From Nannocystaceae bacterium ST9 (GTDB lineage Bacteria > Myxococcota_A > Polyangia > Nannocystales > Nannocystaceae): a stretch of 32,000 nt of DNA. Numbering within the stretch: the first letter of the stretch is position 1; each line of letters starts with the position of its first letter. Positions 13,944 through 24,103 of this stretch are shown one piece after another. Under the pieces are notes generated by a model. The model ran no database searches and was not told the origin of the DNA. It was given only the letters and a program-made list of their open reading frames with translations. The stretch lies in contig JBLWFJ010000001.1 of NCBI GenBank assembly GCA_048320885.1, positions 936,110 through 968,109 of the forward strand. The letters run 5' to 3'. The position numbers and the translations under genes were made by a program.

Positions 13944-15146
13944 ATGCTCGCCGCGAATCGAAGTCTGCTCGCCCTCGCGTGGCTCGCCATGGCCGCATGC
14001 TCGCCCACGAACTCGAACGACGACGAGGTCGCGGACGAGACCGCCGGCGAGTCGAGTGGCGACTCGGAGACCGGCGAATCCTCGGGCGAGGTCGGCGAGA
14101 CCAGCGAGTCGAGCGAGGGCGAGACCAACCCTGATACCGGCACCGACACTGCGACCAGCACCGAGACGGGCGATGGCGACGGCGATGGCCACCTGAGCGC
14201 GGAGCACTGCCCGGGCACGCCCGGGCACCCGCCGGGCACGGGCTTGTTCGTCGGCGGTGGCGGGGTCGATGGCCGGGTGACCTCGACGCTCGAAGGCGAG
14301 AGCTGGGCCGACGTGACCACCACCTCCCAGGGACCGCAATTCGAAGGCCACAGCCGCAACCTGATCCGCGGACTCGGCTACGGCGGCGGCGTGTTCGTGG
14401 CCGTCGGCGGGCTCGACAATTGCTATGTCGTGACCTCGTGCGATGGCGTGAATTGGAGGCACGACGTGCTCGCCACCAACGTCGAGGGCGACCTCGATCC
14501 CACGCTCGCGCAATTCCTGAGCGACGTCGCCTACCTCGACGGCGTGTTCGTGGCCGCCGGCGGAGCCGGGGCCCTGCTGCGCTCCGACGATCACGGCCTG
14601 ACCTGGACGCGGGTCGACCCGGACTACTACGCGGGCCACCTGCGCGGCATCGCGGCCGAGGCCGGTCGCTTCGTCGCGACCGGGCACGCGTGGGAGGGCG
14701 ACGTCGGCGTGTCGATCGTGTCGACCGACGGCGGCCTGACCTGGTCGTCGATGTTCGAACATCCGGGCACGCTCGGCCGCGTGGTCGCGGGCAATGGCGT
14801 GTTCGTGGCCACCGGCGCGCAACGCTGCGCGGTCTCGAGCGATGGCGAGACCTGGGACGCGTGCGGCTTCGCGGTCACCGGCGACCTCGCCGGCCCGCTC
14901 TTCGTCGACGGCGAATTCCTCGTGCAGACGCTCGCCGGCGAGTTCTTTCGCTCGCCCGACGGATCCGCGTGGACGGGTCCGACCCAGGGCTGGCTGCCCG
15001 ACACGATCACCCACGCCGGCGAGCGCTTCGTGATGGCCCGTTGGATGCAGCGCGGCTGGGCGAGCGCGATCGAGGGTCCGTGGACGACCCTCGACATGGG
15101 CGGACTGAGCGAAGTGGTCTGGGGCGAGGTGCTCTGGTCGCCCTGA
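13944..15146 (+). CDS. BNR/Asp-box repeat beta-propeller lipoprotein (sialidase/Ycf48-like fold)
   Basis: Track ORF 13866..15146 is trimmed to ATG 13944. MLAANRSLLALAWLAMAAC has a lipobox, followed by an acidic S/E/T/G/D linker. There are six Asp-box-like motifs (S-x-D-x-G-x-T/S-W): LEGESWAD, SCDGVNWRH, SDDHGLTWT, STDGGLTWS, SSDGETWDA, SPDGSAWTG. Confidence 0.75.
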   Translation: MLAANRSLLALAWLAMAACSPTNSNDDEVADETAGESSGDSETGESSGEVGETSESSEGETNPDTGTDTATSTETGDGDGDGHLSAEHCPGTPGHPPGTGLFVGGGGVDGRVTSTLEGESWADVTTTSQGPQFEGHSRNLIRGLGYGGGVFVAVGGLDNCYVVTSCDGVNWRHDVLATNVEGDLDPTLAQFLSDVAYLDGVFVAAGGAGALLRSDDHGLTWTRVDPDYYAGHLRGIAAEAGRFVATGHAWEGDVGVSIVSTDGGLTWSSMFEHPGTLGRVVAGNGVFVATGAQRCAVSSDGETWDACGFAVTGDLAGPLFVDGEFLVQTLAGEFFRSPDGSAWTGPTQGWLPDTITHAGERFVMARWMQRGWASAIEGPWTTLDMGGLSEVVWGEVLWSP

Positions 15147-15155
15147 GCTCGGCGT

Positions 15156-17119
<1,964 letters not shown>

Positions 17120-17159
17120 TCACGCCCGCACCACCGGCCGATCGGCCGCGCTTCGCAGC

Positions 17160-17205
17160 GACACGCACGAATCGACGCATGCGATTGCGTCGATTCGTGC
17201 GTGTC
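17160..17205. terminator. Perfect 20-bp stem / 6-nt loop hairpin: a terminator of the Cys-rich lipoprotein gene and/or a palindromic operator upstream of the BRCT operon
   Basis: gacacgcacgaatcgacgca (17160..17179), loop tgcgat, then tgcgtcgattcgtgcgtgtc (17186..17205) is the exact reverse complement. It lies 24 nt downstream of the stop at 17229 and about 55 nt upstream of the 17095/17104 start. There is no U-tract. Confidence 0.55.
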
Positions 17206-17228
17206 CGTGTACGACGATTCGCAGGCGA

Positions 17229-17789
17229 TCAGCAGCTGCCCGGCGCGGTGCAGCAGGCGTCGGCGCTCATCAGGCAGAAGGTCGGATCCCCCTCGGCACC
17301 GATCAAGGGCATGATCGTGCAGCCGTAGCCCTCGCGGCCACACTCCGAGTCGCTGGCGCAGACGGGGGCGCAGGCCGTGAACGAGCCGTCGATGCCGACG
17401 CAGGCGACCCCGCCCGCGGGATCGCACTCGGGATCGTCGAGCACGAACGAGACGTCGGTGCTGCCGACCGAGCACTCGCGGGTGCAGTAGCCTCCGGGCA
17501 GATCGAACACGCCCAGGATGTTGGTGATGCACTTGGCACCCGCACCGAGCCCGCCCTCGCAGTCGGCGTCGACCATGCAGGGGGCGCCCCAGGCCGTCAT
17601 GATCGTCGGCGTGGTCCCGTCCTTCTCGACGAACTCCTCGCCACAGACCAGGTCGGTCCCCGTCTCGCCAGCCGTGGTCTCGTCGGTGCCGGCCGTATCG
17701 GCGACTTCGTCGTCGCCGTCGTCGGAGTCGCAGGCGAACGCGAACAGGCTCAGGGCGGGGATCAGCGAGAGAACGGCGAAGCGCTTCAT
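17229..17789 (-). CDS. Cys-rich lipoprotein (186 aa)
   Basis: MKRFAVLSLIPALSLFAFAC has a lipobox, followed by an acidic D/E/T/G linker and a C-terminal domain with at least 14 Cys. I recognise no family. Confidence 0.7.
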   Translation of the reverse strand: MKRFAVLSLIPALSLFAFACDSDDGDDEVADTAGTDETTAGETGTDLVCGEEFVEKDGTTPTIMTAWGAPCMVDADCEGGLGAGAKCITNILGVFDLPGGYCTRECSVGSTDVSFVLDDPECDPAGGVACVGIDGSFTACAPVCASDSECGREGYGCTIMPLIGAEGDPTFCLMSADACCTAPGSC

Positions 17790-17830
17790 GCCGCGAGGCT
17801 AGAGGCGCCCGTGTTCACGCGTCAACGAAA

Positions 17831-17843
17831 GCACCGAAGGCGC
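17831..17843 (-). terminator. Possible short intrinsic terminator after the thiolase gene
   Basis: On the minus strand GCGCCTTCGGTGC (5-bp stem, one G-U pair, 3-nt TTC loop) starts 2 nt after the stop and is followed by TTTCGTT. The stem is weak. Confidence 0.3.
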
Positions 17844-17845
17844 GC

Positions 17846-19066
17846 TCAGCTCGTGCGCTGGAGCACACAAGCAATGCCCTGACCGACGCCGATGCACATG
17901 CTCGCCAAGCCCCATTCGCCGCCGGTGCGACGAAGGCCGTGGGCCAAGGTCGTGACGATGCGCGCGCCCGAACAACCGAGCGGGTGCCCCAGCGCGATCG
18001 CGCCTCCGGCTTGATTGACCTTGTCCTCGGGGATCCCGAGCGCGCGCAGGCTGGCCAGCGTCTGGCTGGCGAAGGCCTCGTTGAGCTCGACCATCGCGAG
18101 CGCGTCGACCCCGATGCCGGCCCGCGCGAGCGCGCGACGGCTGGCCGGGATCGGCCCGATGCCCATCATGTTGGGATGCACGCCCGCGTGGCCCCACGCG
18201 ACGATCCGCGCGATCGGGCGAAGGTCGAGGTGCTGCGCTCGCTCGAGCGAGGTGATCAGCAGGGCCGACGCGCCGTCGTTGAGCGGCGAGGAATTGCCCG
18301 CCGTCACGCTGCCGCCCTTGCGGAACACCGGCGGCAAAGCGGCCAGCTTGTCGAGCGACGTGTCGGCCCGGACGCTCTCGTCGGTGGTCACCCGAATCGG
18401 ATCACCCTTCGCCTGCGCGACCGAGACCGAGACCGTCTCGTCGTCGAACCATCCGTCTTCGGCGGCCGCCGCCGCGCGCTGGTGGCTGCGCAGCGCCCAG
18501 GCGTCCTGGTCGGCGCGGCTGATCTGATGGCGCTCGGCCACGTTCTCGGCCGTCGAGCCGAGCGTCTCGATCGGATAGAGTTGCTGCATCCGCGGGTTGA
18601 TCATTCGCCAGCCCAGCGAGGTGTCGAAGATCTCCGGCTTGTTGTGGAAGGCCTGGTCGCCCTTGGGCATCACGAAGGGCGCGCGAGTCATGCTCTCGAC
18701 GCCGCCCGCGATGTAGACCTCGCCCTCGCCGACCATGATCGACTTCGCGGCTTGAATGACGGCTTCCATGCCCGAGCCGCACAGCCGGTTGACCGTCGCG
18801 CCGGGGACCTCGACCGGCAGGCCGGCCAGCAGCGCGGCCATCCGCGCGACGTTGCGGTTGTCCTCGCCGGCTTGGTTGGCGGCGCCGAAGTAGATGTCGA
18901 CGAGATCCTCGAGCGCGGCCGGGTGGCGCTCGGCCAGCGTGCGCACGACGTGCGCGGCGAGATCGTCGGGCCGCATCGACGCCAGCGCCCCACGGAACTT
19001 GCCGATCGGGGTGCGCACGGCATCGACGATCACGGGAGTGCGAGCGGCGTCCAAAGCCTCGACCAT
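17846..19066 (-). CDS. Acetyl-CoA C-acyltransferase (thiolase II / 3-ketoacyl-CoA thiolase)
   Basis: PVIVDAVRTPIGKFRGALA is followed by the active-site Cys in VNRLCGSGMEAV, then NEAFA, GGAIALGHPLGCSGARI and MCIGVGQG. Track ORF 17846..19123 is trimmed to ATG 19066 (MVEALDAART...), giving a typical 406-aa length. Confidence 0.93.
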   Translation of the reverse strand: MVEALDAARTPVIVDAVRTPIGKFRGALASMRPDDLAAHVVRTLAERHPAALEDLVDIYFGAANQAGEDNRNVARMAALLAGLPVEVPGATVNRLCGSGMEAVIQAAKSIMVGEGEVYIAGGVESMTRAPFVMPKGDQAFHNKPEIFDTSLGWRMINPRMQQLYPIETLGSTAENVAERHQISRADQDAWALRSHQRAAAAAEDGWFDDETVSVSVAQAKGDPIRVTTDESVRADTSLDKLAALPPVFRKGGSVTAGNSSPLNDGASALLITSLERAQHLDLRPIARIVAWGHAGVHPNMMGIGPIPASRRALARAGIGVDALAMVELNEAFASQTLASLRALGIPEDKVNQAGGAIALGHPLGCSGARIVTTLAHGLRRTGGEWGLASMCIGVGQGIACVLQRTS

Positions 19067-19860
19067 TGGGCCCTGCCTACCATGCCCTCGCATGCGCTCG
19101 TCGCCGACTTCGATTGTGGACACTCACGGGACAGCGCCCGAAATGCCCGCACAGAGGCCCTTAGACGTGAGTTTTGCCGGCCGCGCTCGACATCGATGCG
19201 AGCGCGGGGCGATCGGCCTCGGGTACCCTTCGACGGCTCGCTGGTCGTGATCGCGATCGCGTGGCGTCGTCTTGATCGCGTGGTCGTGATCGCGTCGTGG
19301 TGAGCACGTCGTCGTGATCGCCTCGTCGTGATCGCGTTCGCCGACTCGAGCTCTCGCGTGTCTCGATCACTCGTCGATCGGCGCTCGATCGACGGGAGCG
19401 ATCGAGCTCCGCGAAGGGCCCGCTTCGCGAACAAGCCCACACGAGGGGAAGCCAGCCGCGAACTCGACTCGAAGTGAGATCGAACGCGGCCCGCGGGCTC
19501 GCGCGAGCGTTCGCCGTCCAGCCTGGACGCTTCGAACCCGCGCCTCGGTCGCGCACGATGTCGCTCGCTCCGGCCCGATCGGCAATGTGCATGGTCGGAG
19601 AGCCAACCAGGACCGATTCAGTGCAGTGTGTGGTCCGAGCGCGAGTGAAGGGCCGGCCGACGGACATTTCCACGTTCGCCGCAATTACGACTTCGTGAAT
19701 CGATTTGCAGTGTCGCTGAACGAGCAAAATCCCGTGCGTGGGTCCGAGAACCGTGGTACTCGATTGATCGAAGGTACAGGATATCCTTTCAGGACCCGGA
19801 TCGGCGCCCCCCGATACGATCCCGGCCACCTGGAAATCTTGGCCAAGAGGACGTGCATCC
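19067..19860. promoter_or_regulatory. Long (794 bp) non-coding divergent control region between the thiolase and the ThDP-enzyme operon
   Basis: Only junk-like ORFs cover it. It contains a 14-bp tandem repeat, clustered CGATCG palindromes (19360..19410), a lower-GC stretch (19680..19800) and a perfect 10-bp palindrome AGGATATCCT (19778..19787). Confidence 0.55.
19241..19335. repeat. Degenerate 14-bp tandem repeat, about 6.7 copies, consensus (G/C)T(G/C)GTCGTGATCGC
   Basis: Units are ctggtcgtgatcgc (19241), gtcgtcttgatcgc (19266), gtggtcgtgatcgc (19280), gtcgtggtgagcac (19294), gtcgtcgtgatcgc (19308) and ctcgtcgtgatcgc (19322). The period is not a multiple of 3, which is consistent with non-coding DNA. 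Confidence 0.85.
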
Positions 19861-21615
19861 ATGGCGAGGCTGATTCCGCATTCCTACGACGTATCGAATC
19901 CCGAGACACGAACGATCGAATCGCCGGTACCCCCGCCGACTTGGCTTCGCGGCCCACGAACCGTCTCGGACGCGTTGATCGAAGGGCTCCGGCTGATCGG
20001 CACCCAACACGCGTTCGGGGTGATCGGTGGGGCCTTGGTGCCCTTTTACGACGCCCTGAGTCGCTCGCCGCTCGGTGTGATCAATTGTCGGCACGAGAGC
20101 GGTGCCGCGTTCGCGGCACTCGAGGCCGCGCTGGCCAGCGATGCGCCCGCGCTGGTCTTCACGACCACGGGGCCTGGACTCACCAACGCGCTCACGGGCG
20201 CACTCACGGCTCGCTGGGAAGGTGCAAAATTATTGCTGATCTCGGGCACGACCGCGACCGCACGCCGCGGTCGCTTCACGCTACAGGAGAGCAATACACA
20301 CACCCTGGCCGCGGGGCTCTACTCGCCGGCCGGCTTGTTCGACTACGCGGTGGCGCTCGAGGATCCCGAAGAGCTGCCGCGAGTGATGCGAACGCTGGCC
20401 CGCGGGTTCGCGAGTCGACGTGGGTTCGTCGCCCACGTCGCGATGCCGCTCTCGGTCCAGGCCGCGCAGGCGCCCGCGCTGGGCATCACGATTCCGGCGA
20501 CCGAGGTCGCCCCCAACGCGGCGACCATCGCCGAGGTCGTCGATCGTCTGCGCGAGCCCTTCGCGATCTGGTTGGGCTTCGGCGCTCGCCATGCCAGCGC
20601 ACAGATCCGCGAGTTGGTCGCTCGCACCAACGCGCCGGTATTGGTCACGCCGCGAGCCAAGGGCGTGTTTCCAGAGGACGACCCGCGCTACCTGGGCGTG
20701 AGCGGGGCGTTCGGCAGCGATCCCGACCTCGTCGAGCGCATGCGCTCGGCCGGCGTCGAGCGGCTGCTGGTGCTCGGGACTCGGCTCGGCGAGGTCAGCA
20801 GCGCCTACTGTGACGACCTGATCCCGCCTGGTGGGTTGATCCACGTCGACCTCGATCCCGACGTGCCCGGCAACGCGTTCCCGCAGGTCGAGACGCTGAT
20901 CGTTCAGGCCGAGATCGGCGAGTTCATGCGCGCGCTGCTGGCCAAGCTGCCCGACGAGCGCCCGCGCCCGATCACCATCCCGGCCCGGCCCGCGCACGAG
21001 CGGCTCGTCGCTCGCAGCGAGCCACGCATCCGCCCGCAATACCTGATGCAGTGCGTCCAATCGCGGATCGTCGAGGGCTCGCAGAGCGTGGTCCTCTCGG
21101 AGTCGGGCAACGCGTTCGCCTGGACCACCCGCCACCTCAGCTTCGACGCGCCGCATCGCTACCGCCAGTCGGGGCTGTTCTGCCCGATGGGCCACGCCAG
21201 CGCCGGCGTGCTCGGGACCGCGATCGGCACCCGTCGACGCGCGGTCGCGATCGTCGGCGACGGGGCGTTCTTGATGCAGAACGAGATCAGCACGGCCGCG
21301 CAGGTCGGCGCCGACGTGACCTGGATCGTGCTCAACGACGCCCGCTACGGGATGGTCGATCAGGGCCTGCGCTCGCTCGGCTACGCCGACGCCAGCGTCG
21401 ACATGGTGTTCCCCGAGGTCGACTTCCTCGGGCTCGCGCGCTCGCTGGGCGCCGAGGGGGCTCGAGTGTGGCGCGAGCATCAACTCGCCGACGCGCTCGA
21501 GTGGGCGATGAATTGCCGCGGCCCCTTCGTGCTCGACGTGCTGATCGATCCCGAGCAGTTGGCCCCCTTCCGCAATCGCCTGCGCAGCATCGCCCAACAG
21601 ACCGATGGAGAGTGA
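19861..21615 (+). CDS. Thiamine-diphosphate-dependent enzyme, acetolactate-synthase-like family
   Basis: Pyr domain: VSDALIEGLRLIGTQHAFGVIGGALVPFYDAL...CRHESGAAFAALEAA...VFTTTGPGLTNALTGALTA...RFTLQE. ThDP-binding motif: IVGDGAFLMQNEISTAAQVGADVTWIVLNDARYGMV. Confidence 0.88.
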   Translation: MARLIPHSYDVSNPETRTIESPVPPPTWLRGPRTVSDALIEGLRLIGTQHAFGVIGGALVPFYDALSRSPLGVINCRHESGAAFAALEAALASDAPALVFTTTGPGLTNALTGALTARWEGAKLLLISGTTATARRGRFTLQESNTHTLAAGLYSPAGLFDYAVALEDPEELPRVMRTLARGFASRRGFVAHVAMPLSVQAAQAPALGITIPATEVAPNAATIAEVVDRLREPFAIWLGFGARHASAQIRELVARTNAPVLVTPRAKGVFPEDDPRYLGVSGAFGSDPDLVERMRSAGVERLLVLGTRLGEVSSAYCDDLIPPGGLIHVDLDPDVPGNAFPQVETLIVQAEIGEFMRALLAKLPDERPRPITIPARPAHERLVARSEPRIRPQYLMQCVQSRIVEGSQSVVLSESGNAFAWTTRHLSFDAPHRYRQSGLFCPMGHASAGVLGTAIGTRRRAVAIVGDGAFLMQNEISTAAQVGADVTWIVLNDARYGMVDQGLRSLGYADASVDMVFPEVDFLGLARSLGAEGARVWREHQLADALEWAMNCRGPFVLDVLIDPEQLAPFRNRLRSIAQQTDGE

Positions 21616-21616
21616 A

Positions 21617-22723
21617 ATGAGCCTTTCGCAAGCCCCCCGAATTCAGCAGCCCCGCCGGCCCGGCAACATCACCGCGCTCGGCGTCGCGTTCCCCCGCCAC
21701 GTCCGAACCAACGCCTGGTGGGACGACAACTACCCCGAGCTGGTCCGGCACGCCCGCGAGGCGACCTTGGCCAAGGTCTGGGCCGACTTCGGCGAGCTAT
21801 CCACCTACGATCGCGCGATTGCTCCTTACCTCGCCGATCCCTTTCGCGGAACCATCGAGCGGCGGGTGATGAGCCCGGACATGAGCGCTCAACAGCTGGA
21901 GGTCGCGGCCGCTCGCGCGGCGCTCGACGCCGGTGGGCTCGAGGTCGGCGACATCGATCTGGTCATGATCGCCGCGCTGCGGCCCGACAGCCACGTGGTC
22001 GGCGACGCGGCCTTCGTCGCCCGCGAGCTGGGTCTGCGCGCGCCGGCGATCGACTTCGAGACCGCCTGCTCGTCGGCGCTGGTCGGCTTTCACCTGGCCA
22101 GCGATCTGGTGTTCGCCGGTCGCTACCGACGAATCTTGGTGATCGCCTGCTGCACCTACACGCGCGACGTCGACATGGCCGACTCGTTCAGCTGGTTCCT
22201 CGGTGATGGCGCGGCCGCGTTCGTGGTCGAGCCGGCGCGCGAGGGCGCCGGCTTGCTCGGCGCTCACACGATCCCGACCATCGAGACCTGCGGCGCGTTC
22301 GCGTACCAGTTCGACGTCGTCGAGGGTCGGCCCGAGCTTCGCATCCACCCCGACAAGCTGCTCGCCGGCAAGAGCATCCGCGACGCGTCGGAGAGCTTTC
22401 TGCGGCGCTGCGTCGACGGTGCGCTGAGCGAGGCCAACCTCTCGCTCTCCGACGTCGACTTCCTGATCTGCAACACCCCGACGGCCTGGTACGCCGAGTT
22501 CTGCGCCAAGGTGCTCGGGTTCGAGGACCGGACGATCGACGGCTACCCGCGCTTCGCCAACTGCGGCCCGGTGCTCTGGCCCAACAACCTGCACACCGCG
22601 CTGCGCGAGCATCGGGTCGGGCCGGACGACGTGGTGCTCGGCTTCTCGGTCGGCAGCGTGAGCACCGCGAGCGCCGTGGTGTTTCGCTTGGGCGAGGTCG
22701 CCCTGGGCAGTGTCGAGCTGTGA
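21617..22723 (+). CDS. FabH-like (KAS III family) enzyme with a non-canonical catalytic set (Cys present, His replaced by Asn)
   Basis: GGAGAG lies upstream of ATG 21617, 1 nt after the ThDP gene stop. APAIDFETACSSALVGF contains the active Cys, and WFLGDGAAAFVV follows. The E. coli FabH LVPHQAN segment aligns with LICNTPT (His to Asn). The HGNTSAAS segment aligns with FANCGPV (Asn kept). Confidence 0.8.
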   Translation: MSLSQAPRIQQPRRPGNITALGVAFPRHVRTNAWWDDNYPELVRHAREATLAKVWADFGELSTYDRAIAPYLADPFRGTIERRVMSPDMSAQQLEVAAARAALDAGGLEVGDIDLVMIAALRPDSHVVGDAAFVARELGLRAPAIDFETACSSALVGFHLASDLVFAGRYRRILVIACCTYTRDVDMADSFSWFLGDGAAAFVVEPAREGAGLLGAHTIPTIETCGAFAYQFDVVEGRPELRIHPDKLLAGKSIRDASESFLRRCVDGALSEANLSLSDVDFLICNTPTAWYAEFCAKVLGFEDRTIDGYPRFANCGPVLWPNNLHTALREHRVGPDDVVLGFSVGSVSTASAVVFRLGEVALGSVEL

Positions 22724-22857
22724 TCCAACGCGCATCGTGCCCGCAACTCGAAGGGGATCATTTTTCGAAGTCGAGCGACGAACAGGATGCTGCTCGGCTG
22801 GGGGGATCCAACGAGCGCATCCGGTCGAGTTCGAGTCGAACCGGAGGGGGCACGTTC

Positions 22858-22929
22858 GAGCGAGTCGCCACGCCGGCATCATGATCGGCCCACCCCGAGG
22901 TCGTCGGGGCGACTCGCTCGGGCTTTTTG
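22858..22929 (+). terminator. Compound hairpin followed by a T-run: probable terminator of the ThDP/KAS III operon
   Basis: gagcgagtcgcc (22858..22869) pairs with ggcgactcgctc (22908..22919). It encloses an inner hairpin ccccga-ggtcg-tcgggg (22893..22909). It is followed by gggCTTTTTgtg (22920..22931). Confidence 0.5.
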
Positions 22930-22945
22930 TGTTCGTCCTGCCGGG

Positions 22946-23257
22946 TCAGGGAGGCGCGAGCGTTGCGCCGCGCGCTTGCTGGGCCTCGAGGTAGTCGGCC
23001 AGGCTGCTGACGCTCGCGTAGATGCGCGCGTTGGTCTGGTCGTCGCCCTCGGTCACCACCCCGAACCGACGCTGGAGCGCGGCCGCCAGCTCGAGCACGT
23101 CGATCGAGTCGAGCCCGAGCCCGGCCGAGACCAGCGGGGCGTCGCTCTCGATGTCGTCGGGGGTCGTCTCGTCGAGCTTGAGCGCGTCGATGATCAGCAC
23201 CTTGAGCTCTCGCTCGATCTCGTCACGCGTCAGCTTGCGCGCCGCTTGGCCCGGCAT
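22946..23257 (-). CDS. Discrete acyl carrier protein
   Basis: Track ORF 22946..23296 is trimmed to ATG 23257. ...IESDAPLVSAGLGLDSIDVLELAAALQRRFGV contains the phosphopantetheine-attachment DS(I/L)D motif. The protein is 103 aa. Confidence 0.8.
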   Translation of the reverse strand: MPGQAARKLTRDEIERELKVLIIDALKLDETTPDDIESDAPLVSAGLGLDSIDVLELAAALQRRFGVVTEGDDQTNARIYASVSSLADYLEAQQARGATLAPP

Positions 23258-23353
23258 GAGGCGAGGATCGTATACGCCGCATCGGGGTGAGTCCATCGGC
23301 GATCATGAAACCGCGCCGCACTTCGAACGAATGCGGGGATGGAGCCAGACATC

Positions 23354-24091
23354 ATGACCACCTCAGGGACAGTCTCGATTCGCCGTGCGGCCGCTCGCGG
23401 GCAAGCCGACCATGGTTGGCTGCGCAGTGCGCATACCTTCTCGTTTGCCGACTACTACGACCCCGCGCACATGGGCTTTCGCAACCTTCGGGTCATCAAC
23501 GAGGATCGCGTCGCGCCGGGCCGCGGGTTCGGGACCCATCCGCACCAGGACATGGAGATCGTCTCGTACGTGCTCGAGGGGTCGCTCGAGCACCGCGACT
23601 CGATGGGCAACGGCTCGACGATCCGGCCGGGCGAGGTCCAGCGGATGAGCGCGGGCACGGGCGTCCGGCACAGCGAGTTCAATGGCTCGGCCAGCGACCC
23701 GGTCCACTTCCTGCAGATCTGGATCCTGCCCGAGCGCAAGGGCATGCCGCCGAGCTACGACCAGCGGATGTTCGCGGTCGACGATCGCCGCGATCGCCTG
23801 CGGCGGGTGCTCGATCGCGAGGGCCGCGAGGGCGCGATGACGATCCACGCCGACGTCGCGATCTCGAGCGGCGTGCTCGCGGCCGGCGTGCGAGTCGAGC
23901 ACGTGGTCGCGCCGGGTCGGCACGCCTGGTTGCAGCTGTGTCGGGGCAGCGTCGATCTCGATCTCCTGCCCGGTTCGGAGCGCGTGGGCACGCTCGCGGC
24001 CGGCGACGGGGTCGCGATCAGTCGGGCGGGCGCGCTGGCGATCCAGGCCGGCAGCGAGGGTGCCGAGCTGCTCGTGTTCGATCTGCCCTGA
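23354..24091 (+). CDS. Pirin family protein, YhhW-like (quercetinase-type)
   Basis: RGQADHGWLRSAHTFSFADYYDPAHMGFRNLRVINEDRVAPGRGFGTHPHQDMEIVSYVLEGSLEHRDSMGN...MSAGTGVRHSEFN is close to E. coli YhhW as I recall it. GGAG lies 9 nt upstream of ATG 23354; the track start 23339 is also possible. Confidence 0.85.
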   Translation: MTTSGTVSIRRAAARGQADHGWLRSAHTFSFADYYDPAHMGFRNLRVINEDRVAPGRGFGTHPHQDMEIVSYVLEGSLEHRDSMGNGSTIRPGEVQRMSAGTGVRHSEFNGSASDPVHFLQIWILPERKGMPPSYDQRMFAVDDRRDRLRRVLDREGREGAMTIHADVAISSGVLAAGVRVEHVVAPGRHAWLQLCRGSVDLDLLPGSERVGTLAAGDGVAISRAGALAIQAGSEGAELLVFDLP

Positions 24092-24103
24092 CGCGGGTCG
24101 AAC

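Noticed and set aside
19833-19850. A sigma-54-like TGGCCA...GTGCA sequence just upstream of the ThDP gene.
   Set aside because: The GG-to-GC spacing is off by 2 nt relative to TGGCAC-N5-TTGC, and the site sits only about 10 nt from the start codon.
19587-19860. A possible TPP (THI-box) riboswitch upstream of the ThDP-dependent enzyme.
   Set aside because: I could not find the conserved CTGAGA / ACCTGATCTGGATAATGCCAGC-type cores. ThDP enzymes themselves are not normally riboswitch-controlled. An Infernal/Rfam scan would settle it.
19161-19862. The 233-aa minus-strand ORF and other small ORFs filling the 19.07-19.86 kb gap.
   Set aside because: There is no motif, no RBS and no codon-bias-like third-position GC pattern by eye. 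The ORF runs through a 14-bp tandem repeat whose period breaks the reading frame logic. The region is treated as non-coding regulatory DNA.
22820-22850. A GGTCGAGTTCGAGTCGAACCGG stretch that resembles a tRNA T-arm.
   Set aside because: It forms only a 5-bp stem with a 14-nt loop. No acceptor, D or anticodon arms can be drawn around it.
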